Counted from the first letter of the stretch, positions 7,618 through 16,962 are shown. The stretch is DNA of 64,000 bases from a virus (IMGVR_UViG_3300016657_000126:24885-88884), one strand, 5' to 3'. Notes: generated by a model from the sequence alone, not told the origin. Program-made: numbers and translations.

Positions 7618-7919
7618 TTCAACAGCGCGACCACGCGCTTGATGGCCGGCAGATCGATCTTTCCGCCGCAGGCCTTGATGTAGTTGGCCTGGTCACTGAC
7701 GCGCGAAAGGTCGCCGGCGATGATCCGGTTGGCGAGCGCCTTGCAGCTGAAACCGTTCGGGTGCTCAGCCAGCTCCTCGTCGTCGAAGAACAGCTTGTGC
7801 GTGTCGAGCTTCGGCAGCGCGCGCACTTCTAACGTGTGGTTGCCGACCTTAACCGGCGTCAGGATTTCCGGATCGTTTGACGGCAGCAGAGAGCCGCCGA
7901 TGTGACGTTGCTTTGGCAT
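7614..7919 (-). CDS. hypothetical protein
   Basis: ORF overlapping MTase start (GTGA). Confidence 0.65.
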   Translation of the reverse strand: MPKQRHIGGSLLPSNDPEILTPVKVGNHTLEVRALPKLDTHKLFFDDEELAEHPNGFSCKALANRIIAGDLSRVSDQANYIKACGGKIDLPAIKRVVALLK

Positions 7920-8264
7920 GGGTGGGTTTCGGGTTACCGCCGAGTTCTTCCGGGATCAAGGTGAGGGCGCGCTTCGCGGACACCGGCATGTAGGCGTCGC
8001 CCGGCGTCGCGGCCTGCACGCGCATCAAGCTTCCCTGAATGTAGACGCTGAACTTGGTGCTGCCTGCGCGCTGGACGATGAACGTGCCGTTGCCGAGCAC
8101 GACGTCGGTGTTCGCGCGGAACGCCCAGTAGCGATCTTGCGGCGCCGACTGCATCATGCGCGCTTGATCGGGAGCGGACCTCCGGACGGACGCTTGCTCA
8201 GCCCGAGTAGCGCCGGCGCTCGGTTGACCGGGACCGTCGCACTGTTCGCGTTCCTGGGTGGGCG

Positions 8265-8606
8265 TCACCGGCGCTTCCTTTGCTTGATCGATCGTGAGCC
8301 TACGAACCAGAGGTGCCGCGCTGCGATGTCGGCACGCGCGCGAAACTCTGTCGGGCGTCCAGGCATGTCGGTGCGGCGCTTCAGCTTTCCGCAGGCGGTC
8401 GACCACACCATGAACAGGCCCCACCGTTTGTGGTGTGTCTGCATCTGCGCCGACAGCGCCCAGGCCAGTGATGGCGAGTCCGAGAAGCATATGTAGGGCG
8501 CCTTCCACACGCCATCGCGCGACCGCCGACCCACACGCAGACCGCGGCGCTTGATGGACGCACACCGGCTCAGAGGCGCCCAGTGGTAGAGGATGAACGG
8601 GCGCAT
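8265..8606 (-). CDS. putative ADP-ribosyltransferase-fold protein
   Basis: LYHWA...SIKRRGL...YICFSDSP pattern resembles ART/Tpt1-like H-x-S scaffold; start at ATG 8606. Confidence 0.5.
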   Translation of the reverse strand: MRPFILYHWAPLSRCASIKRRGLRVGRRSRDGVWKAPYICFSDSPSLAWALSAQMQTHHKRWGLFMVWSTACGKLKRRTDMPGRPTEFRARADIAARHLWFVGSRSIKQRKRR

Positions 8607-9730
8607 CAGGCGACGCTCACCTCGCACGCCAGGTAGAACTGGTCAGCCGATATCTGGTCCGGCAGCCCGGTGCCTGCCAACGCGTAGTGTTCGCGGATCG
8701 CTTTGACATCGTCCAACACCACCACGTTCGAGCCCTTGAGGTAACTGCAGTCGAAGCGTCCGTCGTCGCGCCCAAGGCAGACGATGTCGGGCGTCATATG
8801 CGTGAACCCGCCCGGGCGATTGATGTCGACGCTGGCGGAACCGCAGGAGACGTAACGGCGCACGGCGTGCCCGACGACAAGCACCGAACGGCCGATGCGG
8901 AACGGGCCGCCGTGCTTCTCCGCCAACCGATGTTGGGCGCTCTGCTCGCGCGCTGCGATTGCGAATGCCGTGATTGGTGTGTCGGCGTCGAACTTCATCA
9001 CCATACCGCGTTCGACAATGTCTCCGGTGATGGACGCCACGCCGGCGGTCGGATTGGCGACGAACCTCGACACGCTGACGCCCAGCTCGCGCACTGCCTT
9101 CAGCACCGCGGCGAAGGCCCGCGCGTTTTCGGGCGTCGCCGGAACGAACTCGTAACCTACGCCGATCGCCAGGTCCTCAGGAAACTCGGTGTTGTTTTCC
9201 TTCAGCTGCTCCATCAGCTCGGGCCACTGCGCGTAGGCCTCGGGCGAGCAGAGTTTCGTGGCGGTGAACTCTTCGCGCCCGTCGACGCTACGCACGGTGG
9301 TGCGCGCCACCAGGAACACGTCGAAAGCGTAGCCGCTGGTGATGCCCGCCTTGATGAAGCGGTAGGCGATCATCGTCTCGGTCTTCTGGTCCGACTCCTC
9401 AAGCGCGCGCTCGGCGATCTTGCGCACGATCTTCCGCACGCTGGACAGCCTGTCCGAGAACACCACGGGCCTGGCCTCGGAGCTGAAGCCGATGCCTGAC
9501 AGGCTTCCGTCCACGGTCTCCGCGTGCACCCCGACGACAGGAAGCGGGAGTCCGTTGTTGTGCGCCTTCGGGTTGTTCAACCCGGGATAGGCGGCACGGG
9601 CGGCGTTGGTCCATGAGATCGGAAGCACGGCACGAAAGATACCTTCTTCGACGACCTGCGTCTCGAACTTGAACGTGCGCGTCTGCCCGTCGCAGGTGAC
9701 ATGCGTGATGGTGGTGGGTATGGTGGTCAT
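8606..9730 (-). CDS. hypothetical protein (374 aa)
   Basis: Long GC3-rich ORF; N-terminal half resembles 821..1678. Confidence 0.8.
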   Translation of the reverse strand: MTTIPTTITHVTCDGQTRTFKFETQVVEEGIFRAVLPISWTNAARAAYPGLNNPKAHNNGLPLPVVGVHAETVDGSLSGIGFSSEARPVVFSDRLSSVRKIVRKIAERALEESDQKTETMIAYRFIKAGITSGYAFDVFLVARTTVRSVDGREEFTATKLCSPEAYAQWPELMEQLKENNTEFPEDLAIGVGYEFVPATPENARAFAAVLKAVRELGVSVSRFVANPTAGVASITGDIVERGMVMKFDADTPITAFAIAAREQSAQHRLAEKHGGPFRIGRSVLVVGHAVRRYVSCGSASVDINRPGGFTHMTPDIVCLGRDDGRFDCSYLKGSNVVVLDDVKAIREHYALAGTGLPDQISADQFYLACEVSVA

Positions 9731-9740
9731 TGCTCGCTGA

Positions 9741-10436
9741 TTAGTTCTTCAGTCCTCCGAGGTCGCCGATCAGCTTGCGCATGATGCGCTCCCACTCGAG
9801 CTCCGTCTTCATCGGGTGCGCCTCGAGCTCCTTGTCGATGATGTTGGAGTCGACGCCCTCGCCGCCATCCACCGTGTTCTGCGCGAGGAAACACGCGATC
9901 ATGTGCCCGGTGCACTGCAGCAGGTGCGGACGCTCGTGCTTCTCCCAGGCCCGCGGATCGTCGATGTGGTCCTGCGCGTAATGGCAGGCCTGTGCCATGA
10001 ACTTGATCAGGCACTCGCCGCGGTCGACCGGCAGCGGCGCTTCTTCGCGCTCACTCTTTTCCTCCACGAGCAGCGCCAGCGCCCGACGGACACAATCAAC
10101 CTCCGGCTCGTCGTGGCCGGATCTATTGAGCAGGTCGATCGCAGACCGCAGGCGCCAGTCTTCGTCCTCTACCGCGAGAGCAGCCGGGTGAAGTGGCGCA
10201 GCGGTCGGGTCCGTTTCTTCCAGCACTGTGATGCGCGATATGGCGAGCGAGCCGCCCACCGCGAGAACGTGCGTGCCGGCTGGTGGCTGTTCGAATGGAA
10301 GGGAGTGCAGCGCGCACAGGTGACGCACGAGAAACTCGGCTGCGGTGGAGTCCAGCTTGGTGGCGGGGATTTCGACCAAGGCCGTGGCCATGTCGTGACC
10401 GGCGGCGAGGTGTTGGTAGGATACGAGAACTCTCAT
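9741..10436 (-). CDS. hypothetical protein
   Basis: Start moved to ATG 10436 (ATGA overlap). Confidence 0.7.
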   Translation of the reverse strand: MRVLVSYQHLAAGHDMATALVEIPATKLDSTAAEFLVRHLCALHSLPFEQPPAGTHVLAVGGSLAISRITVLEETDPTAAPLHPAALAVEDEDWRLRSAIDLLNRSGHDEPEVDCVRRALALLVEEKSEREEAPLPVDRGECLIKFMAQACHYAQDHIDDPRAWEKHERPHLLQCTGHMIACFLAQNTVDGGEGVDSNIIDKELEAHPMKTELEWERIMRKLIGDLGGLKN

Positions 10437-10846
10437 TTGAGTGCTTCGGCTATGTCGCGTTTGAAGGTGCCGGCCACAGTGGGAACTGTCGGCGGCGTGT
10501 CCCAGAAGTTCCACAGCTCCGTCCAGCACACTTTCAGCGCGTGGTCCACGGCGTGGGTGCCGGCGCTGGTGTAGATGGCGTAGACCGCGAAGCCCAGTGG
10601 GACGTCCGAGTGCGTGAAACCCGGGTCAAGCAGCACGGTCGGCACCGGCCACTTGTCGCCGTACGAGTTCTTTGTCCAGTTGGACCTGGCCTTCGGAAAC
10701 TCGCGCGGGATGCGGCTGGGTTTGTTCAGCGACTTCAGGTCGCGCTGCACCTTATCGTATTCCTCGGACGTCGGGCGCTGCTTGAAGCGTTTCATCACTT
10801 CTCGCAGCGCGGCCTTCTGTTCATCGGTGAGGTTGAAATACATCAT
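10433..10846 (-). CDS. hypothetical protein
   Basis: ORF overlapping both neighbours. Confidence 0.7.
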   Translation of the reverse strand: MMYFNLTDEQKAALREVMKRFKQRPTSEEYDKVQRDLKSLNKPSRIPREFPKARSNWTKNSYGDKWPVPTVLLDPGFTHSDVPLGFAVYAIYTSAGTHAVDHALKVCWTELWNFWDTPPTVPTVAGTFKRDIAEALK

Positions 10847-11004
10847 GGGAGTGGATCGATGATCTGCACGTTGAAGACGCGGGACCGCACAAACGGCGTG
10901 ACCTGCGGTAGCGTGAGCGGATCGGTGCCGGCGACGAACGGGCCGACATACAGCCGCCCATGGCCGCCGTCGGCGTTGGTGTAGAAGATGAGCGCGGCTT
11001 TCAT
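10843..11004 (-). CDS. small hypothetical protein (53 aa)
   Basis: MKAALIFYTNADGGHGRLYVG...; fills the gap, ATGA overlap; absent from the ORF track. Confidence 0.55.
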   Translation of the reverse strand: MKAALIFYTNADGGHGRLYVGPFVAGTDPLTLPQVTPFVRSRVFNVQIIDPLP

Positions 11005-11007
11005 TTT

Positions 11008-11445
11008 TTAGCTATCAGCACTCGCCTTCGCCTTCGCAATTCGACGGTTGGTCAGCACGCGCAGCTTGTTCCACGCGCGCCAATACTTGCTCGGGTGCCG
11101 CGGATCCACGTCCGTCGTGCACGAGATGAACTCGTCGCGCCCGCAACCCTCGTTGGCCAAGTAGAGGTCCAGCAGATCTCGCGCGGCCTTCACCAGCGGG
11201 TCGAGCTTCGGCGTCTGCACCGCCACCAGGTAGTAGCAGTGCGCGAGACCCCGCGGCGAACCCTTGCCCGCGCCGAAAACGAACCAACCCTCGATCTCAC
11301 CGTCAGGCTGGCGTGTGACGTGCGCCCACGGGGCCGGCGAACGCTTCGTCTTGTAGCCGCCCCAGCCCATGCGCTCCCACCGCAGGTAGCCGGCAGGCAC
11401 CGGTGGATCCTTGGGCAGCCGCTTCCGATTGTGACGCGCGCTCAC
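11008..11445 (-). CDS. hypothetical protein
   Basis: Start moved to GTG 11445 (GTGA overlap with upstream stop). Confidence 0.7.
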   Translation of the reverse strand: MSARHNRKRLPKDPPVPAGYLRWERMGWGGYKTKRSPAPWAHVTRQPDGEIEGWFVFGAGKGSPRGLAHCYYLVAVQTPKLDPLVKAARDLLDLYLANEGCGRDEFISCTTDVDPRHPSKYWRAWNKLRVLTNRRIAKAKASADS

Positions 11446-12794
11446 GACTTGGGCTCCTCCCCGAAACCAGTGCACAGGCGCCACAGCACGTCAGCCGGGT
11501 GAATGGCCGACGCCGCGACCAGCTTCTCGGCCTCGAAGAACACCTCGCCGACCAGCGCCTGACTGACGGGCACCGATGCGTAGGACCACGAATGCACGAA
11601 GCGGTCCCAGTTGCGCGGGTGGCTGAGGCGCGGCGGTGCGTAGCGCCAGGCCGACCCTTCTCCAATCTCCTGGGCCAAAATTCCGGCCAAAATTCCGGCC
11701 GGAACGACATCTTTTACAGTCACGTCCACGACCGACCCGTCCGGTGCCCGGAGCAGGGCATGAAACGTGGCGTCCCGGTAATGGGCGCCGGCGCGCAGCG
11801 ACACGCGGTAGGGGGCGGCGGGCGACCCCTGCTTGAATTCGTCCGGCGGATTGTTGGTGCTGGTCCAGCAGGGCGTGTTCGGCAGGTCGGCGTAGGGCAC
11901 GGCCACCAGCTTGGGGTGGTAGCGCTCCCAGCGGCCCAGGGAGGCCTCGCAGGGTGTCCAGCCGAGTTCCCGCAGCACGTTGAGGTAGGTGCGGGCCATG
12001 GCCAGGTCCGAGCCCAGGTTGAGGGTGGCATCGGGCTGGAGGCGTGCGCGGTCGGGTGCCCGGTTCAGGGTGAGGCCGGAGGGCGGCTCGGCCAAGGGGC
12101 CCAGGAGGGCGGCGTCCTTCCGCTGCTGGTGGCGGGCCTTCAGGCGGTCGATGTTCTCCTTCAGCATCTCCCTGGTCGCGGTCGGGTGATCGGCGAGCAG
12201 CTGCCGGAGCAGGGCCATGCACTCTTCCTCCTCGGTGGGCTTGGCCACGTGGGTGGTGGAGGCGCGGGCGGTGCGTGCGGCGTTCAGCTCGACGATGTCC
12301 GCGGCCAGCTGCGGGGCGGGGAGCTGGTGTCGCACCTGAAGGGGTAGGAGCTGACAGCCAGGTGCGGTGGAGACCAGGACCTCGCCTTGGGCCATCTGCG
12401 CGTCTATAAGCAGGGCGAAGAGGCTCAGGGCGCGGCCTACGGTGCGGACATTGGCGTCCGGGTCGTCGGCGCGCCGGCCGAGGAGGCGTTGGAGCTTGGC
12501 GAAGGCGTCGGCCGACGACCCCTCCATCCGCATGTGGATCTCGATCGGTCGGCTGTCGGATTTGTCGGACGTGTCGGACTTGGGTTCGTCGGGCATGGTT
12601 GGGATGCGGTAGCAGGCCGCGCACTGTTCGGCGCGCGGCGGGTAGGTGTCCTTGGTGCTGATGATCCGGCTCTCGGCGGCCGCGCACTCGGCGAGGGACG
12701 TCGGGCGACCGCAAACCCAGGTGGGTGGGCTGGAGGTGTGGGCGGGGAGGTGGAATAGTCCGTCGCCCAACCGGAAGGTGCGCATGATGGGCAT
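11442..12794 (-). CDS. multidomain hypothetical protein with Cys-rich N-terminus and a ribbon-helix-helix-like segment
   Basis: Start moved to ATG 12794; segment IEIHMRMEG...RTVGRALSLFALL...GEVLVSTAPG is similar to 12797..13120. Confidence 0.7.
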   Translation of the reverse strand: MPIMRTFRLGDGLFHLPAHTSSPPTWVCGRPTSLAECAAAESRIISTKDTYPPRAEQCAACYRIPTMPDEPKSDTSDKSDSRPIEIHMRMEGSSADAFAKLQRLLGRRADDPDANVRTVGRALSLFALLIDAQMAQGEVLVSTAPGCQLLPLQVRHQLPAPQLAADIVELNAARTARASTTHVAKPTEEEECMALLRQLLADHPTATREMLKENIDRLKARHQQRKDAALLGPLAEPPSGLTLNRAPDRARLQPDATLNLGSDLAMARTYLNVLRELGWTPCEASLGRWERYHPKLVAVPYADLPNTPCWTSTNNPPDEFKQGSPAAPYRVSLRAGAHYRDATFHALLRAPDGSVVDVTVKDVVPAGILAGILAQEIGEGSAWRYAPPRLSHPRNWDRFVHSWSYASVPVSQALVGEVFFEAEKLVAASAIHPADVLWRLCTGFGEEPKS

Positions 12795-12796
12795 GG

Positions 12797-13120
12797 TCAG
12801 CCGCCCTTTCGCTTCAGGCGCTCGGCGTTGAGGCGCTGGACGTCGTCGGCCGGCGGTGTGACGCTCTCGGGGCTGAGCGGCCACACGGCGGTGGGGTTGA
12901 GGCGGCCGAGGGAGGCACCTGGGCCCGGCGACACGTAGATCTCGCCGCCGCGCTTGGTGAGCTCCGCCAGCAGGTGGAGGAGGGAGACCGCCTGGCCGAT
13001 GGTCTGGTTGTTGGCGGCGTTGTCCGTCGGGTCGCGGCCAAGGGCATCCTGGGCGTGGACGATCTTGGAGGCGGTGGCATGGTCGACCTCGATGATGAGG
13101 CGATCGGGGACGTTGGGCAT
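12797..13120 (-). CDS. ribbon-helix-helix (CopG-like) putative DNA-binding protein
   Basis: beta strand RLIIEVD, two helices, QTIGQAVSLLHLL...GGEIYVSPGPG. Confidence 0.6.
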   Translation of the reverse strand: MPNVPDRLIIEVDHATASKIVHAQDALGRDPTDNAANNQTIGQAVSLLHLLAELTKRGGEIYVSPGPGASLGRLNPTAVWPLSPESVTPPADDVQRLNAERLKRKGG

Positions 13121-13123
13121 GGG

Positions 13124-13786
13124 CTACTGGACTTGTTGGATGGAGGAGGCCGACTGGTAGATGTGGTGGATGGTCACGACCGGCTGACCGCGTCCCTTCC
13201 ACTCCCTGAACTTCCGCTCGAGCTCCCGGGTGAAGCGGCGGACGGCGTGCGCGCGGGAGCGGGCCTGGTATTCGACGGCGCGGTTGCAGGCCACCGCCGG
13301 GTCGCCGCTGGTGCTGGCCAGGCTGCCGACCACCATGTAGTGGGTGCGCCCTCGATGGGCGGCGAAGTCCCGCAGCATGCGCTCGACCGTGAAGTGGTTT
13401 GCCCAGCACCAGCGGTTGGCCGACTCGTCCATCTTGCTGGGGAGGATTCCGGAGCGCGTGTAGTAGCGATGCAGGAAGTCGCCCATCTCCGTGCCATAGG
13501 CCTTCTCGTTGACCGTCAGGTCGAATTCGCCGCGGCTGTTGATGTAGGGCTTGTGCGCCAGCGTCAGCCCGTAGAAGGCGAACAGTTGGTGCAGGCCCTC
13601 GCGCAAGTAGTCCTCGCGCCGGCGCCCGGCAAACGTCGGTCGCATGGCAGCGCGGTCCTTCTCCAGCTCATCCAGGTGCTGCACGACGCGCTTGATGGCC
13701 TCGTGCTGTTCGACGTTGGCGGCCGTCAGCGGGCGGATCGGCGGGAGCTCAGTCTTTCTGATATTCGCGGGTTTCTTGGTTGGCAT
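13124..13786 (-). CDS. hypothetical protein
   Basis: Start moved to ATG 13786 (MPTKKPAN). Confidence 0.7.
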   Translation of the reverse strand: MPTKKPANIRKTELPPIRPLTAANVEQHEAIKRVVQHLDELEKDRAAMRPTFAGRRREDYLREGLHQLFAFYGLTLAHKPYINSRGEFDLTVNEKAYGTEMGDFLHRYYTRSGILPSKMDESANRWCWANHFTVERMLRDFAAHRGRTHYMVVGSLASTSGDPAVACNRAVEYQARSRAHAVRRFTRELERKFREWKGRGQPVVTIHHIYQSASSIQQVQ

Positions 13787-14171
13787 GGTCTTCGATGAGT
13801 TCGATGAGCAGTTGCAGTCCGATGATCCGGGCACTGAGGCATTCGGGGTCCAGGGGCGTGCCGAACCAGTAGGCGCACAGATGCCCGCCGTCCGACTGCC
13901 GCAGCCCGTGGTAGGCGAGGGCGTCGGCGTGAAAGACCGCGTAGAGGAAGCGATCGAGGTTCCGGGCCTCCGACACATACTCGGCGGCGCCGTAGACGTG
14001 CCCGTGGTTCTCGTAGAAATCCAGTCGTCCTTCGACCAGCGCGAAGCAGCAGCTCTGTTGTGTCTCCGCCTCCAACGCCTCAATGGCTGACTCAAGGACT
14101 TCGATGGCGTGGCCTTTTATGGACGGGTCGGCGAGCGCCTCGAGGTGCTCTTCAATCGTTGTCTTCGGCAT
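13749..14171 (-). CDS. tandem paralog family, copy 3
   Basis: CCFAL...AYWFGTPLDPECLSARIIGLQLLIELIED. Confidence 0.8.
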   Translation of the reverse strand: MPKTTIEEHLEALADPSIKGHAIEVLESAIEALEAETQQSCCFALVEGRLDFYENHGHVYGAAEYVSEARNLDRFLYAVFHADALAYHGLRQSDGGHLCAYWFGTPLDPECLSARIIGLQLLIELIEDHANQETREYQKD

Positions 14172-14652
14172 CTTCGATCAGGTGGGCTAGGAACATCAGA
14201 CCAAGGATCCGGGCTTCCCGACACTCGGGGTCGGCGCGGTCGCCATACCAGTAGGCGTGCAGCTCGAATTTGTCGGGCGCCTGCCTCAGCAGCTCGAACG
14301 TGCAGAGTGGCAGCCCGTGAAACCGGAGCGAGTCGACACGGTAGACCTCGTCGAGCAGGCTCTTCAGCTGCCGACACACGATGCTGAGGTGGTCGAATCT
14401 CGCTATCCGCTCCCGCGCGTCTGGCCCGAGGGGAATCTTGATCGGCTTCGCCAGCTTTTGGCGCGCATTCCGAATGGCCTGGCAGCAGGTGTGCGACACG
14501 CAAAGGAAATCCTCGGCAATAGGGTCCCCGATCGGGCTGGTGGATGACGCATCGAGCAGGTCCACCGCCAGGTCCAGCATCTCCAACGCGTCCTCCACCT
14601 GCGCGGGGGCGGCGAGAAACTTGAGCGCGCGCTCGAGGTTGGCCTCAGACAT
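14152..14652 (-). CDS. tandem paralog family, copy 2
   Basis: AYWYGDRADPECREARILGLMFLAHLIED. Confidence 0.8.
   Translation of the reverse strand: MSEANLERALKFLAAPAQVEDALEMLDLAVDLLDASSTSPIGDPIAEDFLCVSHTCCQAIRNARQKLAKPIKIPLGPDARERIARFDHLSIVCRQLKSLLDEVYRVDSLRFHGLPLCTFELLRQAPDKFELHAYWYGDRADPECREARILGLMFLAHLIEDAEDND
14219..14257. repeat. 39-bp identical repeat shared by paralog copies (second copy 14700..14738)
   Basis: cgacactcggggtcggcgcggtcgccataccagtaggcg occurs twice. Confidence 0.9.
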
Positions 14653-15046
14653 CGCGGATCAGATGGATTAGAAACATGAGTCCGAGGATGCGGGCTTCAC
14701 GACACTCGGGGTCGGCGCGGTCGCCATACCAGTAGGCGGCGAGCGATCCTCCGCTCGTGTAGTGGAGACCGTTGAAAGCAAAGGCGTCCGCCTCGTAGAC
14801 AGTGCTGAGGAGGATATCGACCTTCTCCAGCAAGTCTTCGCAATGCAGGTGCCGCTCCGTGGTCGGATCGGTTAGAGTGTCCTCGAGCGCGTCTTTGCCC
14901 TTGATGAGCGCGAAGCAGCAACAGTCGGTGCGGTTTTCTTCCAGCGCCAGCGCCGCCTGCTCCAACAAGAAGATGGTGTCGGCGAGCATGGCCTTGGATC
15001 GGACGTGGCGAAGCTGCTCCGCCAGCGTGAAGACGGTGGCGGGCAT
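14645..15046 (-). CDS. tandem paralog family, copy 1
   Basis: CCCFAL...AYWYGDRADPECREARILGLMFLIHLIRD; start at ATG 15046. Confidence 0.8.
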   Translation of the reverse strand: MPATVFTLAEQLRHVRSKAMLADTIFLLEQAALALEENRTDCCCFALIKGKDALEDTLTDPTTERHLHCEDLLEKVDILLSTVYEADAFAFNGLHYTSGGSLAAYWYGDRADPECREARILGLMFLIHLIRDV

Positions 15047-15047
15047 T

Positions 15048-15707
15048 CTAGGACGAGGCTCCCTGCGTCGGGTTGTGGATGTCGAAGCGCTCAATGGAGC
15101 CGTTGGGCGCGAAGCACGCCATCACCCGCCGCCCGGTAAGGCGCTCCGTCATTCCATTGATCACGCCGAGCATTCCGACGACCACCTCGTTGTCCTTGGT
15201 CATCGTCACCTGAACCGTCGGATGTTTGGCGAGGTCCTCGTTGCAAAGCACGCGATGCGAACAGAGTTCGGCGATGGCCTTTGGGTCGGCTGCGTTCGCT
15301 TCGTTCAGCAGGCGGATGATCAACTCGAGGACGATGTTCGGCACGTCCTGCGGCTTGGCCAATTCGAGGATCGAGACCTCGCGAGCCTGCTCCTGAGTCA
15401 GCTCCTCGCGCGCGGTCTTGATCACCACCGAGCAGATGCGCAGCAGGTAATCGAAACTCTGCTTCGTGCGCTTCACGTCGCTGTTCCAAAGGCGGCTGGC
15501 CAGATAGTCGGCATCGCAAGAGGCGACGAACTGGCGAACGGTCTTGTTGCCCATGCCGCCCCAGCCGGCGGACCAGGCTTTGCCATAGCACTCGATGGTC
15601 AGACCTCCTTGACCAGGTCCTACATCACGGAACACGACGCCGATTGAATCCAGATTTGGGGCGCCGGTAATGACCAGCATCTCGGAGAGAGGGCGTTCGA
15701 TCTTCAC
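15048..15707 (-). CDS. hypothetical two-domain phage protein
   Basis: N part GQGGLTIECYGKAWSAGWGGMG and C part ADPKAIAEL...VGMLGVING each resemble recurrent phage hypothetical motifs (recalled). Confidence 0.75.
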   Translation of the reverse strand: MKIERPLSEMLVITGAPNLDSIGVVFRDVGPGQGGLTIECYGKAWSAGWGGMGNKTVRQFVASCDADYLASRLWNSDVKRTKQSFDYLLRICSVVIKTAREELTQEQAREVSILELAKPQDVPNIVLELIIRLLNEANAADPKAIAELCSHRVLCNEDLAKHPTVQVTMTKDNEVVVGMLGVINGMTERLTGRRVMACFAPNGSIERFDIHNPTQGASS

Positions 15708-15753
15708 GAGAACAGCTTCCTGAGGGTTTCGCGGTCTTGTTTGGTGAGAGGCA

Positions 15754-16023
15754 TCAGGTGGGAATGGCAGTGGGTGGACGCGGAGCGCCGGTAAGGCCTA
15801 CGCGTTCGAGGGGGAAGTCCGGGCAGCCGATCACGGCGCCCTTTCGGTTTCGGGCGGTCCAGTAGGCGTTCTCGCCCTGCCACCAAAGCGCGTCGCCCGG
15901 TGAGATGCAGCGCGCGGCGTCCGTGTTGTCGACGTAGAGCGTGCAGGTGTCGGTGCCGTCTCGCACCTCAACCCACACGCGCTCGCCGAACACCACCGTA
16001 TCTACGACCTCACCGCCGACCAC
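15754..16023 (-). CDS. hypothetical protein, paralog of 37723..38001
   Basis: VVGGEVV...RVWV...ARCISPGDALWWQG...WT; start GTG 16023. Confidence 0.7.
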   Translation of the reverse strand: MVGGEVVDTVVFGERVWVEVRDGTDTCTLYVDNTDAARCISPGDALWWQGENAYWTARNRKGAVIGCPDFPLERVGLTGAPRPPTAIPT

Positions 16024-16261
16024 GAGGCTCCGCCTTCTTCTCGGCGATCTCCCACCATCCTCGATAGACAATCGGTTTGTGGGCGCCGACGTCGTCCGGG
16101 TAGATCGTCTCGTCCAGTCCACCGCACGTCATTCCACCGAGGACGCATTTGCGCACGCGGCGCACGGCGTTCGCCTGCAGCGTTTCTTTGTCCTGCTTGC
16201 GCGCGCGCTTTTTATCGGAGCGCCACCAGCGGATGCTGATGTTCAGTTCGAATTGGCTCAT
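16010..16261 (-). CDS. hypothetical protein
   Basis: ORF overlapping both neighbours. Confidence 0.55.
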   Translation of the reverse strand: MSQFELNISIRWWRSDKKRARKQDKETLQANAVRRVRKCVLGGMTCGGLDETIYPDDVGAHKPIVYRGWWEIAEKKAEPRGRR

Positions 16262-16620
16262 TATGCTTTGTCGAATTCTTTGAGCTTATCCATGATCTTC
16301 GCGAACAGCTGATGGTCGTTCTCATGCGTTCCGAGCTCGTAGAGCGTATCCGGGCGGATCGGCATCACCGCGTCCCAAGCGTCGTAGAAACGCTCGTGAA
16401 GCAGGTAGGGCCAGACGTTGCACAGGAAGTCGAACTCGACGTTCGCGCAGGCCCAGGCCTCGAAGTTGCGCCCGATCGCCATGCAGTGTCGCATGAACTG
16501 GTCGGCGCCCTGGAATGGACCGGAGACGTCGGTGATCCGTTTGTGCGCCTCGTCGTAAAGGTTAGCGGCAATGGCAAACTCGGCCGCAGGATCCGACTGC
16601 GGCAGCGGACGGTCTAGCAT
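16261..16620 (-). CDS. hypothetical protein
   Basis: ORF overlapping both neighbours. Confidence 0.7.
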   Translation of the reverse strand: MLDRPLPQSDPAAEFAIAANLYDEAHKRITDVSGPFQGADQFMRHCMAIGRNFEAWACANVEFDFLCNVWPYLLHERFYDAWDAVMPIRPDTLYELGTHENDHQLFAKIMDKLKEFDKA

Positions 16621-16937
16621 GGTTCGGTCATCTGTGATTTGTGGAGCGCTTCGACCATCTCGCGGGTCAGCACGTCGGCCGACAGCGATCCGATCTTCGT
16701 CGCGATTGTCTTTCCGTCACGCAGCAGGATGACGTGGGGAACGCTGCGCACGCCGAACTGGGTGACCAGCTCCGGCTTCTCATCAACGTCGACCAGCTCC
16801 ACCTGCAGGCCCGGGAACTGAGCTTGGAGGTCGGTGGCGCTTTTCTCGAAGTGCGACTTGAATCCCTTGCAGGGGCCGCACCAGCCGGCGCTGAACTTGA
16901 CGAGAGTGAGACCGGAGGTCAGAGACGAATTGCTCAT
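16614..16937 (-). CDS. trxA: thioredoxin
   Basis: VKFSAGWCGPCK active site, VDVDE, FGVRSVP; start ATG 16937. Confidence 0.92.
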   Translation of the reverse strand: MSNSSLTSGLTLVKFSAGWCGPCKGFKSHFEKSATDLQAQFPGLQVELVDVDEKPELVTQFGVRSVPHVILLRDGKTIATKIGSLSADVLTREMVEALHKSQMTEPC

Positions 16938-16962
16938 GGGCTGAAGATGCTGCGCGCCCGCC

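Noticed and set aside
12795-14095. ORF-track N-terminal extensions giving 655-aa and 323-aa proteins
   Set aside because: The extensions overlap better-supported genes in other frames and read as low-complexity Arg/Pro; starts were moved to 12794 and 13786.
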